A DNA stretch of 64,000 nt from Eledone cirrhosa (Eukaryota), in NCBI GenBank assembly GCA_964016885.1, contig OZ024743.1, positions 344,596,001 through 344,660,000 of the forward strand, given 5' to 3'. The position numbers and the translations under genes are program-made. The notes below the pieces were generated by a model that worked only from the letters and a program-made list of their open reading frames with translations, ran no database searches and had not been told where the DNA came from. Below are positions 57,801-64,000 of this stretch, in pieces; the stretch's first letter is position 1; each line of letters starts with the position of its first letter.

Positions 57801-60800
57801 GTTGTTACTACTGTTATTGACGTTGTTGTTATAACTACTGTTACTGACGTTGTTGTTGTTACTACTGTTGTTGACGTTGTTATTACTACTGTTGTTGACG
57901 TTGTTGTTGTTACTACTGTTGTTGACGTTGTTATTGTTACTACTTTTGTTGACGTTGTTGTTGTTACTACTGCTTTTGACGCTGTTATTAATACTACTGT
58001 TGTTGACGGTATTGTTGTTACTACTGTCGTTAACGTTGTTATTAGTACTGTTGTTGACGTTGTTGTTGTTACTACTGTTGTTGACGTTGTTATTTTTACT
58101 ACTGTTCATGACGTTGTTGTTACTACTGTTGTTGACGTTGTTGTTACTACTGTTATTGACGTTGTTGTTATTACTACTGTTGTTGACGTTGTTGTTGTTA
58201 CTACTGTTTCCGACGTTGTTTTTGTTACTACTGCTGTTAACGTTGTTATTGTTACTATTGTTGTTGACGTTGTTATTGTTACCACTACTGCCGTTGACGT
58301 TGTTATTGTTACTACTGTTGTTGACGTTATTTTCGTTACTACTGTTATTGACGTTGTTGTTTTTACTACTGTTGTTGACGTTGTTGTTGTTACTACGGTT
58401 ATTGACGTTGTTGTTGTTACTAGTGTTGTTGTCGTTGTTGTTGTTACTACGGTTATTGATGTTGTTGTTGTTACTACGGTTATTGACGTTGTTGTTACTA
58501 CTACTGTTGTGGACGTTGTTGTTACTACTGTTGTTGACGTTGTTGTTGTTACTACTGCTATTGACGTTGTTGTTGTTACTACTGTTATTGACGTTGTTGT
58601 TGTTACTACTGTTGTTGACGTTGTTGTTGTTACTACGGTTATTGACGTTGTTGTTGTAACTACTACTGTTGTTGACGTTGTTGTTATTACTACTGTTGTT
58701 GACGTTGTTGTTGTTTCTACTGTAATTGACGTTGTTATTGTTACTACTGTTGTTGACGTTGTTATTGTTACTACTGTTGTTGACGTTGTTGTTGTTACTA
58801 ATGTTTTTGACGTTGTTATTGTTACTACTGTTGTTGACGTTGTTATTGTTACTACTGTAATTGACGTTGTTGTTACTACTGTTGTTGACGTTGTTGTTGT
58901 TTCTACTGTAATTGACGTTGTTATTGTTACTACTGTTGTTGACGTTGTTGTTACTACTGTTTTTGACGTTGTTGTTGTTTTTACTAATGTTGTTATTACT
59001 ACTGTTGTTGACGTTGTTGTTACTACTGTTGTTGACGTTGTTAGTGTTACTAATGTTGTTGACGTTGTTGTTGTTACTACAGTTGTTGACATTATTGTTG
59101 TTACTACTGTTGTTGACGTTGTTGTTACTACTGTTTTTGACGTTGTTTTTGTTACTACTGCTGTTAACGTTGTTATTGTTACTATTGTTGTTGACGTTGT
59201 TATTGTTACCACTACTGCCGTTGACGTTGTTATTGTTACTACTGTTGTTGACGTTATTTTCGTTACTACTGTTATTGACGTTGTTGTTTTTACTACTGTT
59301 GTTGACGTTGTTATTGTTACTACTGTTGTTGACGTCGTTATTGTTACTACTGTTATTGACGATGTTGTTGTTACTACTGTTGTTGACGTTGTTGTTGTTA
59401 CTACGGTTATTGACGTTGTTGTTGTTACTACTGTTGTTATCATTGTTCTTGTTACTACGGTTATTGACGTTGATGTTGTTACTACTACTGTTGTTGACGT
59501 TGTTGTTATTACTACTGTTGTTGACGTTGTTGTTGTTACTAATGTTGTTGACGTTGTTGTTGTTACTACTGTTATTGACGATGTTGTTGTTACTACTGTT
59601 GTTGACGTTGTTGTTGTTACTACGGTTATTGACGTTGTTGTTGTTACTACTGTTGTTGTCATTGTTGTTGTTACTACGGTTATTGACGATGTTGTTGTTA
59701 CTACAGTTAGTGACGTTGTTGTTGTCACTACTGTTGTTGACGTTGTTGTTACTACTGTTATTGACGTTGTTGTTATTACTACTGTTATTGACGTTGTTTT
59801 TATTACTACTGTTGTTGACGGTATTGTTGTTACTACTGTTGTTAACGTTGTTATTAGTACTGTTGTTGACGTTGTTGTTGAAACTACTGTTGTTGACGTT
59901 GTTATTTTTACAACTGTTCATGACGTTGTTGTTACTACTGTTGTTGACGTTGTTGTTACTACTGTTATTGACGTTGTTGTTATAACTAGTTACTGACGTT
60001 GTTGTTGTTACTGCTGTTGTTGACGTTGTTATTACTACTGTTGTTGACGTTGTTGTTGTTACTACTGTTGTTGACGTTGTTATTGTTAATACTGTCGTTG
60101 ACGTTGTTGTTGTTACTACTATTGTTTACGTGTTATTGTTACTACCGTCGTTGACGTTGTTGTTGTTACTACTGTTGTTGACTATGTTATTGTTACTACT
60201 GTCGTTGACGATGTTGTTGTTACTACTGTTGTTGACGTTATTGTTGTTACTACAATTGTTGACGTTGTTATTGTTACTACTGTTGTTGACGTTTTTGTTA
60301 CTACTGTTGTTGACGTTGTTGTTGGTACTACTGCTTTTGATGCTGTTATTGTTACTATTGTTGTTGACGTTGTTGTTAATGATGTTGTTGACGTTATTGT
60401 TGTTACTACTGTTGTTGACGTTGTCATTGTTACTACTGTTGTTGACGTTGTTATTGTTACTACTGTTGTTGACGTTGTTATTTTTACTACTGTTGTTGAC
60501 GTTATTGTTGTTACTACTTTTGTCTACGTTGTTGTTTTTACTACTGTTGTTGACGTTGTTGTTGTTTCTACTGTAATTGACGTTGTTAGTGTTACTACTG
60601 TTGTTGACGTTGTTATTGTTACTACTGTTGTTGACGTTGTTGTTACTACTGCTTTTGACGCTGTTATTGTTGCTACTGTTGTTGATGTTGTTGTTGTTAC
60701 TACTGCTTTTGACGCTGTTATTGTTACTACTGTTGATGACGTTGTTGTTACTAATGTTTTTGCCGTTGTTATTGTTACTACTGTTGTTGACGTTGTTATT

Positions 60801-62605
60801 GTTACTACTGTAATTGACGTTGTTGTTGTAACTACTGTTGTTGACGTTGTTGTTTTTACTAATGTTGTTGACGTTGTTGTTGTTTCTAATGTAATTGACG
60901 TTGTTATTGTTACTACTGTTGTTGACGTTGTTATTGTTACTACCGTAATTGACGTTGTTGTTACTACTGTTGTTGACGTTGTTGTTGTTTCTACTGTAAT
61001 TGACGTTGTTATTGTTACTACTGTTGTTGACGTTGTTGTTACTACTGTTATTGACGTTGTTGTTGTTACTACTGTTTTTGACGTTGTTGTTGTTACTAAT
61101 GTTGTTACTACTGTTGTTGACGTTGTTGTTACTACTGTTGTTGACGTTGTTAGTGTTACTAATGTTGTTGACGTTGTTGTTACTACTGTTTTTGACGTTG
61201 TTTTTGTTACTACTGCTGTTAACGTTGTTATTGTTACTATTGTTGTTGACATTGTTATTGTTACCACTACTGCCGTTGGCGTTGTTATTGTTACTACTGT
61301 TGTTGACGTTATTTTCGTTACTACTGTTATTGACGTTGTTGTTTTTACTACTGTTGTTGACGTTGTTATTGTTACTACTGTTGTTGACGTCGTTATTGTT
61401 ACTACTGTTGTTGACGTTGTTGTTGTTACTGCTGTTGTTGACGTTATTGTTGGTACTACAATTGTTGACGTTGTTAATGTTACTACTGTTGTTGACGTTT
61501 TTGTTACTACTGTTGTTGACGTTGTTGTTGGAACTACTGCTTTTGATGCTGTTATTGTTACTATTGTTGTTGACGTTGTTGTTACTGATGTTGTTGACGT
61601 TATTGTTGTTACTACTGTTGTTGACGTTGTCATTGTTACTACTGTTGTTGACGTTGTTATTGTTACTACTGTTGTTGACGTTGTTAATTTTTACTACTGT
61701 TGTTGACGTTATTGTTGTTACTACTGTTGTTTACGTTGTTGTTTTTACTACTGTTGTTGACGTTGTTGTTGTTTCTACTGTAATTGACGTTGTTATTGTT
61801 ACTACTGTTGTTGACGTTGTTATTGTTACTACTGTTGTTGACGTTGTTGTTGTTACTACTGCTTTTGAAGCTGTTATTGTTACTACTGTTGTTGACGTTG
61901 TTGTTGTTACTACTGTTGATGACGTTGTTGTTGTTACTAATGTTTTTGACGTTGTTATTGTTACTACTGTTGTTGACGTTGTTATTGTTACTACTGTAAT
62001 TGACGTTGTTGTTACTACTGTTGTTGACGTTGTTGTTACTACTGTTGTTGACGTTGTTAGTGTTACTAATGTTGTTGACGTTGTTGTTGTTACTACTGTT
62101 GTTGACATTATTGTTGTTACTACTGTTGTTGACGTTGTTGTTACTACTGTTTTTGACGTTGTTTTTGTTACTACTGCTGTTAACGTTGTTATTGTTACTA
62201 TTGTTGTTGACGTTGTTATTGTTACCACTACTGCCGTTGACGTTGTTATTGTTACTACTGTTGTTGACGTTATTTTCGTTACTACTGTTATTGACGTTGT
62301 TGTTTTTACTACTGTTGTTGACGTTGTTATTGTTACTACTGTTGTTGACGTCGTTATTGTTACTACTGTTGTTGACGTTGTTGTTGTTAGTACTGTTGTT
62401 GACGTTATTTTCGTTACTACTGTTATTGACGTTGTTGTTGTTACTACTGTTGTTGATGTTGTTATTGTTACTACTGTTGTTGACGTTATTGTTGTTACTA
62501 CAATTGTTGACGTTGTTATTGTTACTACTGTTGTTGACGTTTTTGTTACTACTGTTGTTGACGTTGTTGTTGGTACTACTGCTTTTGATGCTGTTATTGT
62601 TACTA
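49400..62605. repeat. ~4.4-kb direct duplication at offset 8,781 bp (about 49400-53825 and 58180-62605)
   Basis: ORF pairs 49728/58509, 51743/60524, 52219/61000 and 53003/61784 all differ by 8,781. They share rare variants GGAACT, GCCGTTGGC and TCTAATGTA, and the 108-bp deletion. Confidence 0.9.
57570..58170. repeat. 339-bp local tandem duplication
   Basis: ACTTTTGTT at 57603 and 57942; CATGAC at 57768 and 58107; both copies share the private variant GTCGTTAAC. Confidence 0.8.
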
Positions 62606-64000
62606 TTGTTGTTGACGTTGTTGTTACTGATGTTGTTGACGTTATTGTTGTTACTACTGTTGTTGACGTTGTCATTGTTACTACTGTTGTTGACGTTGTT
62701 ATTGTTACTACTGTTGTTGACGTTGTTATTTTTACTACTGTTGTTGACGTTATTGTTGTTACTACTGTTGTTTACGTTGTTGTTTTTACTACTGTTGTTG
62801 ACGTTGTTGTTGTTTCTACTGTAATTGACGTTGTTATTGTTACTACTGTTGTTGACGTTGTTATTGTTACTACTGTTGTTGACGTTGTTGTTGTTACTAC
62901 TGCTTTTGACGCTGTTATTAATACTACTGTTGTTGACGGTATTGTTGTTACTACTGTTGTTAACGTTGTTATTAGTACTGTTGTTGACGTTGTTGTTGTT
63001 ACTACTGTTGTTGACGTTGTTATTTTTACTACTGTTCATGACGTTGTTGTTACTACTGTTGTTGACGTTGTTGTTACTACTCTTATTGACGTTGTTGTTA
63101 TAACTACTGTTACTGACGTTGTTGTTGTTACTACTGTTGTTGACGTTGTTATTACTACTGTTGTTGTCTTTGTTGTTGTTACTACTGTTGTTGACGTTGT
63201 TATTGTTAATACTGTCGTTCACGTTGTTGTTGTTACTTCTATTGTTTACGTGTTATCGTTACTACTGTCGTTGACGTTGTTGTTGTCACTACTGTTGTTG
63301 ACGTTGTTATTGTTACTACTGTCGTTGACGATGTTGTTTTTACTACTGTTGTTGACGTTATTGTTGTTACTACAATTGTTGACGTTGTTATTGTTACTAA
63401 TGTTGTTGACGTTTTTGTTACTACTGTTGTTGACGTTGTTGTTGGTACTACTGCTTTTGATGCTGTTATTGTTAATATTGTTGTTGACGTTGTTGTTACT
63501 GATATTGTTCTTACTGATATTTTTACTACTGTTGTTGACGTTATTGTTGTTACTACTGTTGTTTACGTTGTTGTTTTTACTACTGTTGTTGACGTTGTTG
63601 TTGTTTCTACTGTAATTGACGTTGTTATTTTTTACTACTGACGTTGTTGTTGTTACTAATGTTTTTGACGTTGTTATTGTTACTACTGTAATTGACGTTG
63701 TTGTTGTAACTACTGTTGTTGACGTTGTTGTTTACTGACGTTGTTATTGTTACTACTGTTGTTGACGTTGTTATTGTAACTACTGTAATTGACGTTGTTG
63801 TTGTAACTACTGTTGTTGACGTTGTTGTTTTTACTAATGTTGTTGACGTTGTTGTTGTTTCTACTGTAATTGACGTTGTTATTGTTACTACTGTTGTTGA
63901 CATTGTTATTGTTACTACTGTAATTGACGTTGTTGTTACTACTGTTGTTGACGTTGTTGTTGTTTCTACTGTAATTGACGTTGTTATTGTTACTACTGTT

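Larger units (their letters stand above)
1..64000. repeat. Tandem satellite/minisatellite array; 27-bp monomer GACGTTGTTGTTGTTACTACTGTTGTT with 24-bp and ATT variants; runs to both window edges
   Basis: The motif ACTACTGTTGTTGACGTT recurs every 24-27 bp from the first base to the last, always in the same orientation. All ORF translations are 8-9 residue periodic repeats. Confidence 0.99.
24550..64000. repeat. Satellite subfamily domain B (right)
   Basis: Diagnostic variants: TCTACTGTAATTGAC, GCTTTTGACGCT, GGTACTACTGCTTTTGATGCT, ACCACTACTGCCGTTG, ATTTTCGTT, AGTGTTACTAAT, GTTCATGAC and GTTTACGTGTT. These are essentially absent from the left 23 kb. Confidence 0.85.

Noticed and set aside
20377-63222. 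Long Asn-rich (NNSSNNNNV) and Val-rich (DVVVVTTVV) ORFs up to ~1,600 aa
   Set aside because: The consensus codons in these frames cannot become stops by a single substitution. The ORFs overlap on both strands and switch peptide type at frameshifts.
143-63615. Poly-leucine (+ strand) ORFs as membrane proteins
   Set aside because: They are direct translations of TTG/TTA/CTA/CTG in the repeat, with arbitrary TTG/ATT/GTG starts and no unique sequence.
1-64000. CRISPR array (repeat length 24-27 bp)
   Set aside because: There are no unique spacers, the monomers abut directly, and no cas genes or leader are present.
1-64000. Reverse-transcriptase rolling or concatemeric product (telomerase-like or DRT2 'never-ending ORF'-like)
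   Set aside because: De novo templated synthesis would give independent errors per unit. Here variant patterns are copied faithfully over 6-9 kb, which indicates DNA-level duplication. No RT gene or template RNA is present in the window.
1-64000. 24/27-bp and GTT/ATT alternation as an information-bearing code
   Set aside because: It is explained by triplet slippage and point mutation followed by duplication. I have no evidence of a readout.
1-64000. Whole array as a sequencing or low-complexity artefact
   Set aside because: Rare variants and indels recur in identical order at exact multi-kb offsets, which random error would not produce. Only the copy number of the near-identical 7,426-bp segment remains open to assembly error.
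1-64000. Promoters, terminators, tRNA/rRNA, transposon ends, G-quadruplexes
   Set aside because: There is no complex sequence, no sizeable inverted repeat given the strand skew, and no GGG runs.

Overview
The whole 64 kb window is one uninterrupted, single-orientation tandem satellite array. I found no unique sequence, RNA gene, mobile element or credible protein-coding gene. The monomer is built from triplets: consensus GAC(GTT)4(ACT)2(GTT)2 = GACGTTGTTGTTGTTACTACTGTTGTT (27 bp), with a common 24-bp form lacking one GTT and a common GTT>ATT variant. That gives roughly 2,400 monomers, estimated from length. The + strand is very G/T-rich (consensus 14 T, 7 G, 3 A, 3 C). The long ORFs (poly-L, DVVVVTTVV, NNSSNNNNV, TTVVTTTTS) arise because 4 of the 6 frames of the monomer contain no stop codon. 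The informative signal is the hierarchy of the array. There are two subfamily domains meeting at about 23.5-24.6 kb, a 129/132-bp pentamer sub-repeat, ~1.2-1.4 kb shuffled modules, a 5,963-bp tandem duplication, a ~7,426-bp higher-order repeat in three copies whose newest crossover can be mapped to about 600 bp, and an 8,781-bp-offset duplication. The organism and chromosomal role (centromeric, subtelomeric or heterochromatic) cannot be determined from this window. I do not see evidence for a new gene-encoded system. Coordinates of internal boundaries were read by eye and are approximate.
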